Shown here: positions 27,920 to 40,553 of the stretch, piece by piece | How positions within the stretch are numbered: position 1 is the first letter of the stretch | How the letters are laid out: every line of letters begins with the position of its first letter | Source: an uncultured Candidatus Saccharibacteria bacterium | GTDB lineage: Bacteria > Patescibacteriota > Minisyncoccia > Phycocordibacterales > UBA9973 | DNA: 64,000 nucleotides | Direction of reading: 5' to 3' | NCBI GenBank assembly: GCA_964401705.1 | Contig: CAYNZJ010000001.1 | Location: 3,648 to 67,647 of the forward strand | Notes under the pieces: model-generated | Seen by the model: only the letters and a program-made list of their open reading frames with translations | Told to the model about the DNA's origin: nothing | Databases searched by the model: none | Translations under genes and position numbers: made by a program

Positions 27920-29026
27920 ATGATAATCAGATACATTTTATTTTTCACCTCTTTTTTAGGGGTTCTTTTTATAGGGTCTTATAGCATTTACAAATCTTAT
28001 AGTCTTGTAAATGTATTTGGGAATACTGGCAATAATATTATGCTCTGGATTTTGATAATTATGCCTGCACTATTTATACTAACAACATTTATTAGTATGA
28101 AAACTCATTTTATTATAAATGATATTTTATATACTATTGCTTGTGTTTGGTTACCAATATTGCTTTATTTATTTTTAGGATCAATAATACTAACAATCTT
28201 TAGTACTTTTATCCCAATAACTAACACTATTTTTTATACATATCTAACTTATGGATTTTTAATCCTATCTTTTATTTTAGGTATTTATGGTACTATTAAT
28301 GCTCATAATTTTACAGTTAATAACATTACAATCCCTAAAGAAAATCGTTTATCTCAAGACTGGTCTGGTAAAAAAATAATTTTAGTATCTGATACTCATA
28401 TTGGAATAATTCATAAAAATAATTTTTTAAATAAAACTGTAAAATTTATAAATTCTCAAAATCCTGATATGGTTTTGTTTGCTGGGGATTTAGTAGATGG
28501 CCCAAAAATAAACCAAAATAAATATTTAAAACCATTGGAAAATCTAAAGGCTCCTTTGGGTGTTTATTATACCCCTGGAAACCATGAAATATATTATGGT
28601 AATGAAAAAGATTTATATAATTTTACAGATAATTACATGACGGGGCTTCGAGATACTAAAATAGCAATCAACAATACTGAAATAATTGGTTTAATGTACG
28701 ATGCTGGCGAAACACCCGAAGGTCTTGAAAATAGACTTTATAAAATTGGCTTTGATAATAAAAAACAAAATATTGTAATTATTCATGAACCTAAAAACAA
28801 TAACATTCTGCAGTCATTTGGAGCAGATTTAATTGTTTCTGGACATACTCATGGTGGACAATTTTGGCCAATAACAATGGCTGTTAATAAAATTTACAAA
28901 GAATACACTCATAATTTAGTTTATAAAAATAATTCAGCAAGCATAACTTCAACTGGAATTGGCACATGGGGCCCACCAGTAAGAATTGGCACTGACCCAG
29001 AAATTATAGTCATAACATTTGAATAA
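27920..29026 (+). CDS. Membrane-bound metallophosphoesterase
   Basis: SDTH, GDLVD, GNHE, SGHTHGGQ; N-terminal TM helices. Confidence 0.9.
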   Translation: MIIRYILFFTSFLGVLFIGSYSIYKSYSLVNVFGNTGNNIMLWILIIMPALFILTTFISMKTHFIINDILYTIACVWLPILLYLFLGSIILTIFSTFIPITNTIFYTYLTYGFLILSFILGIYGTINAHNFTVNNITIPKENRLSQDWSGKKIILVSDTHIGIIHKNNFLNKTVKFINSQNPDMVLFAGDLVDGPKINQNKYLKPLENLKAPLGVYYTPGNHEIYYGNEKDLYNFTDNYMTGLRDTKIAINNTEIIGLMYDAGETPEGLENRLYKIGFDNKKQNIVIIHEPKNNNILQSFGADLIVSGHTHGGQFWPITMAVNKIYKEYTHNLVYKNNSASITSTGIGTWGPPVRIGTDPEIIVITFE

Positions 29027-29045
29027 AAAATAACCCCTATTGGGG

Positions 29046-29486
29046 TTATTTTTTATTAATTACTAAAGTACAATGAACTATTTTATTACCTATATTTACA
29101 GACAATAAATGTTCCCCTATTGATTTTATATGAACATCGTGGAACACATCTTCTGGAATAATTACCCCCGATGCTTTTTCAAACAAAGGAGCAACATCAT
29201 GATAAGTTATAGCTTTAAACAAAACCCCTTTTTCATTAGCTAGAGCATTTATTTCGGCTTTTATACCATCTAAAGCTTTTGCTGTTGTTTCCATTTTTGC
29301 TAAATGAAAAGCATGGTCAGTATCGCGTGAAGCTTTTCTTTCAGCTAATTTTGATAAAGCTGAAGGTGTTGCAATTTCAACTAATTTTCTAGGTAATAAG
29401 AAATTTCGAACATAGCCATCGTTCATTGTTTTTACTTCATCTTTTTTACCTAGTTTTGGTACGTCCTTTAAAAAAATTATTTGCAT
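29046..29486 (-). CDS. rplI: 50S ribosomal protein L9
   Basis: MQIIFLKDVPKLGKKDEVK...GYVRNFLLP. Confidence 0.93.
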   Translation of the reverse strand: MQIIFLKDVPKLGKKDEVKTMNDGYVRNFLLPRKLVEIATPSALSKLAERKASRDTDHAFHLAKMETTAKALDGIKAEINALANEKGVLFKAITYHDVAPLFEKASGVIIPEDVFHDVHIKSIGEHLLSVNIGNKIVHCTLVINKK

Positions 29487-29489
29487 AAA

Positions 29490-30704
29490 TTAAATTGATT
29501 TAACTACTTGTATTGCTTTGTTTAGTTGGTTATCAACTTTTGGATTTTTCTCATCGTAAATTCTTTTAACTTCAATATCAGGTTTAATACCCTCTTTATC
29601 AATTGCTATTCCATTTGGAGTTAACCATCTTGCAATTGTTACTTTTAAATTAGTTCCTCCTTTCATTGGAATTAATTCTTGAACAGAACCTTTACCAAAA
29701 GTTTTAACTCCAACTAATGTTGCGATTTTATGATCAGACAATGACCCAGCTAAAATTTCTGATGCTGATGCTGAGCCCCCATCAATCAATACGACTAATT
29801 TAGGTTTATTTATTTTATTATAACCATAACTGGTATGGATTTCTTTTTGATTATTTTTAACAAAGTCTTCAACAACAATTGTTTTACCTTTGGGTATAAA
29901 ATAGCTTCCAATATCTACTGCGGCTTCTAAATAACCACCCGGGTTACCTCGAAGGTCAATTACCATATAATTAAGCCCTGAAGTTTTATAAGAATTAATC
30001 GCTTTTTCAAAATCCTTTGTAGCTTTTTCTCCAAAAGATGATATGTGTATTACATAAACACCATCAATGATTTCAGATTCAACGGTAGGAATTACAATAG
30101 TATCTCTTGTTACAGAAATAACTTGTGTTTCTAATGCCCCGGTACGATAAATTTCAAGTTTTACAACTGTTCCTTTTTTACCACGAATTTTCAAAATTGA
30201 TTCATCGATAGACATTCCATTAGTAACAATACCATCAATTTTTAATATTTTATCTCCTGATTTAAGGCCAGCTATTTCAGCAGGGCTACCCTTTAATGGA
30301 GCAATAACTGTTAAAATATCATCTTGAGATTTACCAATTTCAGCTCCAATTCCGTCAAATGAACCCGCGATTGATTCATTAAATTTTTTTGATTCACTTG
30401 GAGGCATAAATTCAGTATAAGGATCACCTAATGATGCTGTTAGGCCTTTTATAGCGCCATACATTCTATCCTCATCAGTAACATCATTATAATGTATTGA
30501 TTTTTCTTTTAATGTATTCCAAACAGTAAAAAATAAATCAGTATTTGTGTTTGTTTTGGATGCTGCTTGAGCAGAAGAAACTGCTGTAAATTTAAATTTA
30601 ATGATTTGTTTTTGTGAAGCATAAGCTCCAAAAGCAAAAGACCCAAAAGAAAAAACAACTAAAACTAGTATAGCGATTGAGTAACGAAAATTTTTATTAT
30701 TCAT
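29490..30704 (-). CDS. ctpA: S41 carboxyl-terminal protease
   Basis: PDZ GIGAEI, DLRGNPGG, SASASEI, TFGKGSVQ. Confidence 0.92.
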   Translation of the reverse strand: MNNKNFRYSIAILVLVVFSFGSFAFGAYASQKQIIKFKFTAVSSAQAASKTNTNTDLFFTVWNTLKEKSIHYNDVTDEDRMYGAIKGLTASLGDPYTEFMPPSESKKFNESIAGSFDGIGAEIGKSQDDILTVIAPLKGSPAEIAGLKSGDKILKIDGIVTNGMSIDESILKIRGKKGTVVKLEIYRTGALETQVISVTRDTIVIPTVESEIIDGVYVIHISSFGEKATKDFEKAINSYKTSGLNYMVIDLRGNPGGYLEAAVDIGSYFIPKGKTIVVEDFVKNNQKEIHTSYGYNKINKPKLVVLIDGGSASASEILAGSLSDHKIATLVGVKTFGKGSVQELIPMKGGTNLKVTIARWLTPNGIAIDKEGIKPDIEVKRIYDEKNPKVDNQLNKAIQVVKSI

Positions 30705-30713
30705 ATGTTTGTT

Positions 30714-31172
30714 TTAAGAAAAATCTGATAATTCGTTTTGATCAATATTAACATCATTATTTATAAATGTAGGTTCTTTTTTAACAGTTATTCTTTTTAT
30801 TCGTGGAGCCATTTCAATTCTCTTTCTTGTTCTTGGTTTAGGGTTAAAAGTATTAACATCTTCTATATTGTTAGGACTACTAGTTGAAATAGTATTATTA
30901 TCCAAAATATCTGGGTTTGATTGAATATTTATAGATTTATTATCTGCAATAGTATTATTACTATAATTATTATTATGATTATTTTCTACTGGGATATCAT
31001 TATTTTTAAAAATTTGTTTTTTCTTTTCATTATGGTATTGGCGATTACCTATTATTAATAGAATAATCCCGGTTAAAGAAAATAAAACTGTTTTTGTTTC
31101 CCAAGTAAAACCTAGCCAAGGCATAATAAGTGCCCAAAGCCCAATATACGAAATAGTTCGTTTTGATTTCAT
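30714..31172 (-). CDS. Hypothetical membrane protein
   Basis: Two TM helices followed by an Asn-rich tail. Confidence 0.6.
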   Translation of the reverse strand: MKSKRTISYIGLWALIMPWLGFTWETKTVLFSLTGIILLIIGNRQYHNEKKKQIFKNNDIPVENNHNNNYSNNTIADNKSINIQSNPDILDNNTISTSSPNNIEDVNTFNPKPRTRKRIEMAPRIKRITVKKEPTFINNDVNIDQNELSDFS

Positions 31173-31204
31173 AGTGCTATTATACCATAGCAAAAAAATC
31201 TTTT

Positions 31205-32398
31205 CTAGTTATTTTGGTCTTCCAAAAGAGCTTCTTTTGTATATCTATTTTTAGGATCCCATAACAGATATGAATATATCCCCACATCATTTGCAGCTTT
31301 GATTTGAGCTTTTACTTCATTAGGTCCATAAGACACACTCATACTAAAATCTTGAAGCCATGGGCGGATTTCGGTATTATTATTTATTGCTTTTTGACGA
31401 TTTAATCCATCTTGTAAAGATAATTTAATAGTCTGATATGGGTTTGCTTCTGGAGATTTTAGTCCTTTATACCCAGCATAAAAATGTGAAGGATATATCA
31501 TAGGAGCAATAGCATCTACATTGGGTAATAAATATTCATAAAATTGCCCAATATTTACATCATTAGGATCAGTCAATATTTGCCCAAAAACATCAATTGA
31601 AAGTGGGATATCTTTTTCTTTTAAATTTTTATGCATAAAAATTGTAAAATCAGAAATTACATCTTGTTTAAGTTTGTTTTTAGTTATTGGATAAACTTTA
31701 TCACGACTACCATCTGTTGGGAATCTAATATAGTCTAAATTAATTTCATCAAATCCTAAATCATAAGCTTCGTATGCTAATTCTAAAATATATTGGTGGA
31801 ATTCTGGGCTACTAGCATCAACCCATGCTAAACCATGCCGATCTTTCCAAAGCTCGCCTTTACTATTCAAAACAGCACTTGTAGGGTTATTTTTAGCATA
31901 AATAGGATCTTCAAATACAGCAATTCTAGCAATTACATAAACATCATTTTCATGGAGTTCTTGAATATATTCTTTTAAATCAACGGCTCTTGTGGACTCG
32001 GCATTAATTCTATCTTGGCTTGCTCCTTCTGGGGCAGGAATTGACACAACACCAGTTGAATCTTTAAAATCAATTACGACACTATTTATAACAGTATCGT
32101 TAACTAAATTTGTTAATCGACTTCGAACTGATTTTGTACCTGCCACCCAAGATGACATATAGATACCTTTTACATTTTCTGGTTTTTCTACGTGTAAAGT
32201 TTCTTCTTTTTCTTCTTGAGTTTTTATTTCTTGATTATTTACAAAATTAGATTTAGATAAATTATTTGTAGTTATTTTTTCAAAAGACCAATAATTAGAT
32301 ATCGGCATATTTTGAGCCAATAAATAATGAACATTAACAAAACTAGTTGTTAGTGTCAAAGCAGACAATATTATTATAGTGAATTCTTTTTTTCTCAT
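31205..32398 (-). CDS. Putative glycoside hydrolase (DUF4015-like)
   Basis: VKGIY, VIDFKD, IARIAVFED, GFDEINLDYIRFP, PMIYPSHF, RPWLQDF. Confidence 0.8.
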   Translation of the reverse strand: MRKKEFTIIILSALTLTTSFVNVHYLLAQNMPISNYWSFEKITTNNLSKSNFVNNQEIKTQEEKEETLHVEKPENVKGIYMSSWVAGTKSVRSRLTNLVNDTVINSVVIDFKDSTGVVSIPAPEGASQDRINAESTRAVDLKEYIQELHENDVYVIARIAVFEDPIYAKNNPTSAVLNSKGELWKDRHGLAWVDASSPEFHQYILELAYEAYDLGFDEINLDYIRFPTDGSRDKVYPITKNKLKQDVISDFTIFMHKNLKEKDIPLSIDVFGQILTDPNDVNIGQFYEYLLPNVDAIAPMIYPSHFYAGYKGLKSPEANPYQTIKLSLQDGLNRQKAINNNTEIRPWLQDFSMSVSYGPNEVKAQIKAANDVGIYSYLLWDPKNRYTKEALLEDQNN

Positions 32399-32399
32399 T

Positions 32400-33086
32400 T
32401 TATTTTGGATGAATAATTAATGTAAACTCGCCTTTTAATTCTTTGGGATTTTTTATAATAAATTCTAAATGATTTTTTGCAATATCTGTTCGGATTGTTT
32501 CAAACATTTTTGTTATTTCCCGAGCTACCATTATTTGTGTTTTAGGAGAATTTTTATCAAACCATTCAAGAGTAGATTTAATTCTGTGAGTTGATTCATA
32601 AAAAACAACTGGGATTTTAGAATCAATAACCTCTTTAAAAAAAGTTTCGCGACCTTTTTTATTAGGGGCAAAACCTAAAAAACTAAATTGATTACCAAAT
32701 ATTCCTGATACTGATACCGCAGAAACAACAGCACTAGCCCCTGGAATTGGAACTATTTTTATTTCAGGATTATTATTAATAATATAATTAGTAATTAAAG
32801 AACCTGGGTCAGATATCCCCGGAGTCCCAGCATCACTAACAAGGGCAATATTTTGCCCACCAAGCAATATTTCTATAATTTTATTATGTGTTTTATTTGT
32901 AGAATGAGAATTATAAGAATAAGTTTTGGTTTTTATTTCGTATCTATTAGCAATTTTATTAAATTCTCTTGTGTCTTCGGCATAGATATAGTTTACATTT
33001 TTTAATGTTTCTACACCACGGTAAGTAATATCCCCCATGTTACCAATGGGTGTTGCTACAATATATAATATTCCGATATTTTCCAT
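32400..33086 (-). CDS. rsmI: 16S rRNA C1402 2'-O-methyltransferase
   Basis: LYIVATPIGN, AEDTR, SDAGTPGISDPG, REITK. Confidence 0.94.
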   Translation of the reverse strand: MENIGILYIVATPIGNMGDITYRGVETLKNVNYIYAEDTREFNKIANRYEIKTKTYSYNSHSTNKTHNKIIEILLGGQNIALVSDAGTPGISDPGSLITNYIINNNPEIKIVPIPGASAVVSAVSVSGIFGNQFSFLGFAPNKKGRETFFKEVIDSKIPVVFYESTHRIKSTLEWFDKNSPKTQIMVAREITKMFETIRTDIAKNHLEFIIKNPKELKGEFTLIIHPK

Positions 33087-33095
33087 TTTTATTTT

Positions 33096-33998
33096 TTAAA
33101 CGTTAGTTAATTTTTTAACATCTAAGGATTTACAATTATCAGTACAGTACCCATCATTTTCCTTAACACAATCAACACAACCTAAAAATTGTTGATGACA
33201 AAATGGGTATGTACAGTCAAAATAATTTTCTGTTGGATTTTTACAATAATGACATTTACCAATAACAACATGTTTACCCTGATCATCAAAAGTAATTGTT
33301 TTTCTTTTATCAAAAACATAAAGAGAACCTTTGAATTCTTTATTTGGAAATTCTTTCATATATGTAACCATACCATTGTGCAGTTGAGATACATCTTTAA
33401 ACCCTTGGGACAATAAAAACCCACTGGCTTTTTCACATCTAACCCCACCAGTACAAACTGTTACTACTTTTTTATCCTTTAAATGTTCAATTTCTTTAAC
33501 ACGGTCTTTTAAGTCTCGGAAATTTTTAAGCCCCGGAAAAACAGTCTTAGTAAATTTACCAACTTCAAGTTCATAATCATTGCGCATATCAACAATGTAA
33601 AATTCTTCTCCTGATTCATACATTTTGTCCAAATCTTTAGCTTTAAGTCTTTTCCCGGTAACTTTTTGAGGATCAATATCCCAATTATCATCAACCAAAT
33701 GCAGTGATACAATTTCTTTGCGGACTTTTACAGATAATCTTGGAAAACAGTCCCCCAGTCCAGCAGACTTTTTCCAATCGATATTTTTAAACTTTTTATC
33801 TTCTTCCATCCATTTGATGTATTTTTCGGTGTCTTCAGTTTTACCTTCAACAGTACCGTTTATACCTTCATTAGCAACTATAATCCGTCCTGTAAGCCCA
33901 AGAGCCCGGCAAACATCCATTTGCCTAACCTTTTCCAATTCTGGGTCTTTAATCCTTACGTATTTGTAATATAAAAGTATTGTATATTCGCTTTCCAT
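33096..33998 (-). CDS. trhO: Rhodanese-domain tRNA U34 hydroxylase (TrhO/YceA)
   Basis: GRIIVANEGINGT, DMRNDYE, CTGGVRCEKA, LYVFDKR. Confidence 0.88.
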   Translation of the reverse strand: MESEYTILLYYKYVRIKDPELEKVRQMDVCRALGLTGRIIVANEGINGTVEGKTEDTEKYIKWMEEDKKFKNIDWKKSAGLGDCFPRLSVKVRKEIVSLHLVDDNWDIDPQKVTGKRLKAKDLDKMYESGEEFYIVDMRNDYELEVGKFTKTVFPGLKNFRDLKDRVKEIEHLKDKKVVTVCTGGVRCEKASGFLLSQGFKDVSQLHNGMVTYMKEFPNKEFKGSLYVFDKRKTITFDDQGKHVVIGKCHYCKNPTENYFDCTYPFCHQQFLGCVDCVKENDGYCTDNCKSLDVKKLTNV

Positions 33999-34064
33999 AC
34001 GTAACTACTATAACAAAATAAGCATCATTTGCCAATCACTACCGTTAAAATTCTACCAGTGGTT

Positions 34065-34089
34065 TACTTGGAGGTCCGACCTCCAAGTA
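34065..34089. repeat. REP-like palindrome
   Basis: TACTTGGAGGT-CCG-ACCTCCAAGTA, separate from the atp terminator at about 34100-34127. Confidence 0.55.
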
Positions 34090-34145
34090 GGATAAAAACA
34101 AAAAACCCGCATTTGCGAGTCTTTTTATTCTATACTTTTTTATTT

Positions 34146-34574
34146 CTATAATCTTCTTTTTGCGGTTTTGATACGTGCAAGATTTCTTTCAAGTGAACTT
34201 TGGAATCTAGCAAAATCAATATCGGAAAGAGTTGATTTTTGCTCCATAGCAACTCTAGCTCTTTCGTATGCTTCTTCTGCTTGAGCAAGGTCGATTTCTT
34301 CAGCTATTTCTGAATGAGTAACAAGCAATGTAACACTGTTATCTCCTCCGATTTGTAAAACACCTCTAGTTACAGCAAAATAACTATCTTTATTATCTAA
34401 TCGTAAAGTTAAAATCCCAGGTTTTGCCAAAGTTACCAATTCTGAGTGATGTGGCAATATTGTAATTTCACCAGATTCTGTAGGAATACTTATTGAATCT
34501 GCAAAAGACTGATACACAACTTTTTCGGGTGTAACAATGCGTAGACTCATTTTATTATTTCCTTGAAAATCCAT
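34146..34574 (-). CDS. atpC: ATP synthase epsilon subunit
   Basis: LRIVTPE, GEITILPHH; last gene of the operon. Confidence 0.93.
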   Translation of the reverse strand: MDFQGNNKMSLRIVTPEKVVYQSFADSISIPTESGEITILPHHSELVTLAKPGILTLRLDNKDSYFAVTRGVLQIGGDNSVTLLVTHSEIAEEIDLAQAEEAYERARVAMEQKSTLSDIDFARFQSSLERNLARIKTAKRRL

Positions 34575-34580
34575 ATAATA

Positions 34581-35990
<1,410 letters not shown>

Positions 35991-36902
35991 TTAATCTACT
36001 TGTAATGCGCTGGCTCCACCAACAATTTCACTAATTTCCTGAGTAATTGCACTTTGACGAGCATTATTATACGTCAACTGCAAATCATCAAGCAAATCAG
36101 AAGCGTTATCTCCGGCATTTTTCATGGCAAACATTCGAGCACTGTGTTCTGAAGCATGAGATTCAGCAAGAGCTTGATAAAGAGTAGTTGTAACCATTGA
36201 AGGTAAAATTGCGTCTAATATTGCGGACAATGAAGGTTCAAATGTTGTGTTAGAGAAATCGTATTCGGTATGAGATTCTCTAGAATTTGAATCTCCTATT
36301 GCATCAACAATGTTTTCAAATAATTCCATCGAAGCTGGTAATAATTTTGTATAAATTGGTTTATACATTGTTGTTTTAATAAACTCAGTATAACACATAT
36401 AGACATTATCATATTCTCCTTCAAGGAATTTTTTTTGAATCATCTTTGATATAACTTCCAAAGATTCGTTATTTGATGATTCATTAAATTCTACAAAACT
36501 AGCAATTATTTTATATTTAAGTTTGTTTGCTATTTTTTCAGCATATTTACCTATTGTAACAAAGTGGACTTCGTCTTTTGTATTTTTTAAAGATAAAGAT
36601 AACATTTTAAATAAATTAACATGATACCCTCCACAAAGTCCTTTGTTCCCACCGTAAAGTACAACTAAGATTTTACCTGTCTTGGTCTCTTTTTCTGACA
36701 TTAGAGAATGTGTTCCGGGAGCCATTTTTTGTAAATAAGCAACAAGCTTAAGACCAAGTATGGCATACGTTCGAGAACCAAGAGTCCGTATTGTTGATTT
36801 TCTCATCTTTGATACCGAAACCATTTCCATGGTTTTTGTTATCTTTTTGATATTTGCAACAGACTTTATCTTTTGTTTAATAATTTTAGATTGTACAGGC
36901 AT
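35991..36902 (-). CDS. atpG: ATP synthase gamma subunit
   Basis: KITKTMEMVS, GLCG, RQSAITQEI. Confidence 0.96.
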   Translation of the reverse strand: MPVQSKIIKQKIKSVANIKKITKTMEMVSVSKMRKSTIRTLGSRTYAILGLKLVAYLQKMAPGTHSLMSEKETKTGKILVVLYGGNKGLCGGYHVNLFKMLSLSLKNTKDEVHFVTIGKYAEKIANKLKYKIIASFVEFNESSNNESLEVISKMIQKKFLEGEYDNVYMCYTEFIKTTMYKPIYTKLLPASMELFENIVDAIGDSNSRESHTEYDFSNTTFEPSLSAILDAILPSMVTTTLYQALAESHASEHSARMFAMKNAGDNASDLLDDLQLTYNNARQSAITQEISEIVGGASALQVD

Positions 36903-36911
36903 AGTATAATA

Positions 36912-38405
36912 TTATAAAATAATTTCTGTAGCATCTTTTAAGGCCATTGAAAGAGAAGACTCTATTTCATCATTCCAAGTTTTTTCTAAATCTTTCAATA
37001 ATGTTCCATAACTATTTCTCATATAATTAAGAAAAGCTTCTTGTTTTTCTTTTATAGATAAAACATCAAAAGAATCAAAAAACCCATTATTTGCTGCAAA
37101 AATAGTAGCAACTTGTTCCCCCACTGGCATTGGTGCATATTGAACTTGTTTTAAAAGCTCTGTAATTCTTTTACCACGATTAAGTTGTTTTTTTGTTTCT
37201 GGATCAAGATCAGAATCAAACTGAGCAAAACTTTCAAGTTCACGATATTGAGCCATAGCTAATTTTAGTTTACCTGCTGTTTTTTTCATTGGCTTGGTTT
37301 GAGCACTAGAACCAACACGAGAAACAGATAATCCAACGTTAATCGCCGGACGAATACCTTTATAGAAAAGTCCTGATTCAAGGAAAATTTGACCATCAGT
37401 AATTGAAATAACGTTTGTAGGAACATATGCTGAAATATCTCCAGCTTGAGTCTCAATGATTGGCAAAGCTGTAATAGATCCTCCACCTGCTTCAGGATTA
37501 CGTCGACATGCTCTTTCAAGTAAACGAGAATGTAAATAAAAGACATCTCCCGGATAAGCTTCACGGCCTGGTGGACGACGAAGAAGTAGTGATATTTCAC
37601 GATAAGCTACCGCATGTTTAGATAAATCATCATAAACAATTAATACATCATTGCCTTTATCCATATAATATTCAGCAATTGCAACCCCAACATAAGGAGC
37701 CAAATAAGAATAAGCTGGGCCTTCTGCAGCACCAGCTGCAACAATTGTTGTATATTCCATTGCTCCAGACTTACGTAAAATTTCTATAGTACGAGCAATT
37801 TTTGATTGTTTTTGACCAATAGCAACATAAACACAAAGCATGTTTTGGCCTTTTTGGTTTATTATTGTATCTATTGCAACAGCACTTTTACCTGTTTGAC
37901 GATCACCAATAATAAGCTCACGTTGCCCACGACCAATTGGAATCATTGCATCAATTGCAAGAATTCCAGTTTGAACTGGTTGATCAACACCTTGACGATC
38001 CATAACCCCTGGGGCTGTTTTTTCTACAGGATAATAATCCTTTGTAATTACGGTTTTACCGCCATCAACAGTTTCTCCAATTGGGTTAACAACACGTCCA
38101 ACTAAATCCATTGAAACAGGAACAGAAAGTATTCTTTTTGTGCGTAAAACCTGATCCCCTTCTTTTAAAGATGTATAATCTCCTAAAATAATTACCCCGA
38201 TTGAATCTTCTTCCAAGTTAAGAGCAATACCAAAAATTCCATTTGGGAAAGATAGCATTTCATTTGATTGACACCCTGGCAACCCAGAGACACGAGCAAT
38301 ACCGTCAGTGATAGAAAGTATATTCCCGTACTCTTCTGTAGAAATTGAAATATCAAAATTTTTGATATTTTCTTGTATGTTTTGTATTAGTGAATCTATT
38401 TTCAT
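36912..38405 (-). CDS. atpA: ATP synthase alpha subunit
   Basis: GDRQTGKS, PGREAYPGDVFYLHSRLLE. Confidence 0.98.
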   Translation of the reverse strand: MKIDSLIQNIQENIKNFDISISTEEYGNILSITDGIARVSGLPGCQSNEMLSFPNGIFGIALNLEEDSIGVIILGDYTSLKEGDQVLRTKRILSVPVSMDLVGRVVNPIGETVDGGKTVITKDYYPVEKTAPGVMDRQGVDQPVQTGILAIDAMIPIGRGQRELIIGDRQTGKSAVAIDTIINQKGQNMLCVYVAIGQKQSKIARTIEILRKSGAMEYTTIVAAGAAEGPAYSYLAPYVGVAIAEYYMDKGNDVLIVYDDLSKHAVAYREISLLLRRPPGREAYPGDVFYLHSRLLERACRRNPEAGGGSITALPIIETQAGDISAYVPTNVISITDGQIFLESGLFYKGIRPAINVGLSVSRVGSSAQTKPMKKTAGKLKLAMAQYRELESFAQFDSDLDPETKKQLNRGKRITELLKQVQYAPMPVGEQVATIFAANNGFFDSFDVLSIKEKQEAFLNYMRNSYGTLLKDLEKTWNDEIESSLSMALKDATEIIL

Positions 38406-38406
38406 A

Positions 38407-38802
38407 TTATGCGGTTAAATTTTCTTCTAATTTTTTGAGCATACTTTTAATAGATGCATCGTAAATAGTTCCATTTTGTTTTAAAATAAAACCACCCAAA
38501 AGAGAAGGGTCAACAAAAGACTCTATATGAACTTCCCCCGCATCTTCCTTAAGAAAACCTTTTACTAAATTATTCATAGTTTCTTTACTTAGTTCATGTG
38601 AACTAGTTAAATTACATTCACGTAAAACGATATCTTTTTCTTGAATCCTTTTTAAATGTGAAAGAATTTTAGGTAAAGAAGAAACCATATGATGTCTTTT
38701 TAAAAAAGAAGTAAGAGACTGTGCCATTTCTTGCGCATCTTTGCCATTGTGTGCAATATGATGTGCATATAAAGATTCAGCAATTGTACGAGATTTAATC
38801 AT
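38407..38802 (-). CDS. atpH: ATP synthase delta subunit (short)
   Basis: VDPSLLGGFIL...DASI; operon position. Confidence 0.88.
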   Translation of the reverse strand: MIKSRTIAESLYAHHIAHNGKDAQEMAQSLTSFLKRHHMVSSLPKILSHLKRIQEKDIVLRECNLTSSHELSKETMNNLVKGFLKEDAGEVHIESFVDPSLLGGFILKQNGTIYDASIKSMLKKLEENLTA

Positions 38803-38804
38803 AT

Positions 38805-39302
38805 TTATGAATTTTTCTTACTAATACCTGCAGTAAATCTCTCATTATCTTCTTTTGTAAAACCAGTAGAAAGAATCTTTTCTAAACTCTCTCTTATTAA
38901 AGTAGCTGTTTCTTTTTGTATATTTGCAGTCATTTCTTCTTTTTCTCGAGCTAATTCTTTTTTAGCTGATTCTAAAATTTGTTCTTTTTGTATTTGAGCA
39001 TCTTGTAAAGAAGCATCGATAATACCTTTGGATTTTTCTTCTGCGGAACTCAAAATATCACGAACTGTGTTTTGAGTTTCGGAAAGTATTTCTAATTTTT
39101 CAGATTCAGCTTCTAAAAGCTTTTTCTCTGCACGATCAGCTTTATTAAGACCTTCACGTATTTTACCATCTCGAATCCTCATCATTTTCATAAGAGGTTT
39201 ACCAAGAACAAAATAAACAAGCACAAGAACAATTGCAAAGTTAATTACTTGAGCAATAATAAGTTTTAGATCGATGTGAAAAGTTGAAATGATTGCATCC
39301 AT
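38805..39302 (-). CDS. atpF: ATP synthase subunit b
   Basis: AQVINFAIVL TM helix plus coiled coil. Confidence 0.92.
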   Translation of the reverse strand: MDAIISTFHIDLKLIIAQVINFAIVLVLVYFVLGKPLMKMMRIRDGKIREGLNKADRAEKKLLEAESEKLEILSETQNTVRDILSSAEEKSKGIIDASLQDAQIQKEQILESAKKELAREKEEMTANIQKETATLIRESLEKILSTGFTKEDNERFTAGISKKNS

Positions 39303-39338
39303 AAGGAAAGTTTACATTAAAAGATTATAATAAAAAGA

Positions 39339-39569
<231 letters not shown>

Positions 39570-39585
39570 TTAATAAATAATAATA

Positions 39586-40548
39586 CTACACCGAGCCTAG
39601 CACTTTTTCTTGTGCTAAATGTTTTTCATCATGATGCTCGGACTCGTGAGAGTCATGTTCATCATGGTCGGTTGCTTGAATTGAGAAATAAACTGTCGTT
39701 AACATTGAAAAAATGAATGCTTGAATAATACCTACAAAGAATTCCAAGAAAAGAAAAGGAATAGGTAAAAAGAAAGCAAGAAGAGCGCTCATTGAAGCCA
39801 ATAACACTTCTCCAGCAAAAACATTACCATACAAACGGAAAGAAAGTGATGCGACTTTTGCTATTTCACCAATAGCTTCTAACGCTCCTACAAAAAAATG
39901 AATTGGAGCTACAACTAATACTGTTGGATCTTTTAAAAAGTTTCTCATTTTTAATAGTTCCCCAATTTTTATATATTTGTTTATACCCTTCCATAAACCA
40001 AGAACTACAATACCAAATATATTAGAAGCAATTACGGTAAATATTGCAATTGCTAATGTTGTATTAATATCTGCAGTTGCTCCACGAAGCATTGGTATAA
40101 ATACATCATGCCCATCATGGTTTACAATATTTCCAAATGCCCCTACTCCTGGCAATATTCCAACCCAGTTATTAACAAGTACAAAAATAAACAATGAAAA
40201 GGATATTGGAAATATTTTTAAAGAAAGTTTTCTTGAACCAGTTACTTGGTCACATAGATTTAATGCCCCATCAATTATAAGTTCAAAAAAATTCTGAACT
40301 CTTCCAGGAATTAATTTAAGCTTTCTTAACCTAATAAATAGAACTATTAACAAAACAAAAACCACAGCAACCCAGCTTGTTAAAAGTGAATTTGTAACAG
40401 TAAAATTACCAATATTAAAAACTGGTTCTGCATATAGTGTTGCTTCGTGGCTAACATTTTCACTACTAACCCCAGTGGTATCAGCAGTAGAATGTCCAGC
40501 TTGTTCTATAATTTCAGTATTATTATTTAAGTTATTTTCTTGAGTCAT
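39586..40548 (-). CDS. atpB: ATP synthase subunit a
   Basis: TADINTT, SLSFRLYGNVFAGE, IQAFIF; His-rich tail. Confidence 0.95.
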   Translation of the reverse strand: MTQENNLNNNTEIIEQAGHSTADTTGVSSENVSHEATLYAEPVFNIGNFTVTNSLLTSWVAVVFVLLIVLFIRLRKLKLIPGRVQNFFELIIDGALNLCDQVTGSRKLSLKIFPISFSLFIFVLVNNWVGILPGVGAFGNIVNHDGHDVFIPMLRGATADINTTLAIAIFTVIASNIFGIVVLGLWKGINKYIKIGELLKMRNFLKDPTVLVVAPIHFFVGALEAIGEIAKVASLSFRLYGNVFAGEVLLASMSALLAFFLPIPFLFLEFFVGIIQAFIFSMLTTVYFSIQATDHDEHDSHESEHHDEKHLAQEKVLGSV

Positions 40549-40553
40549 GTAAA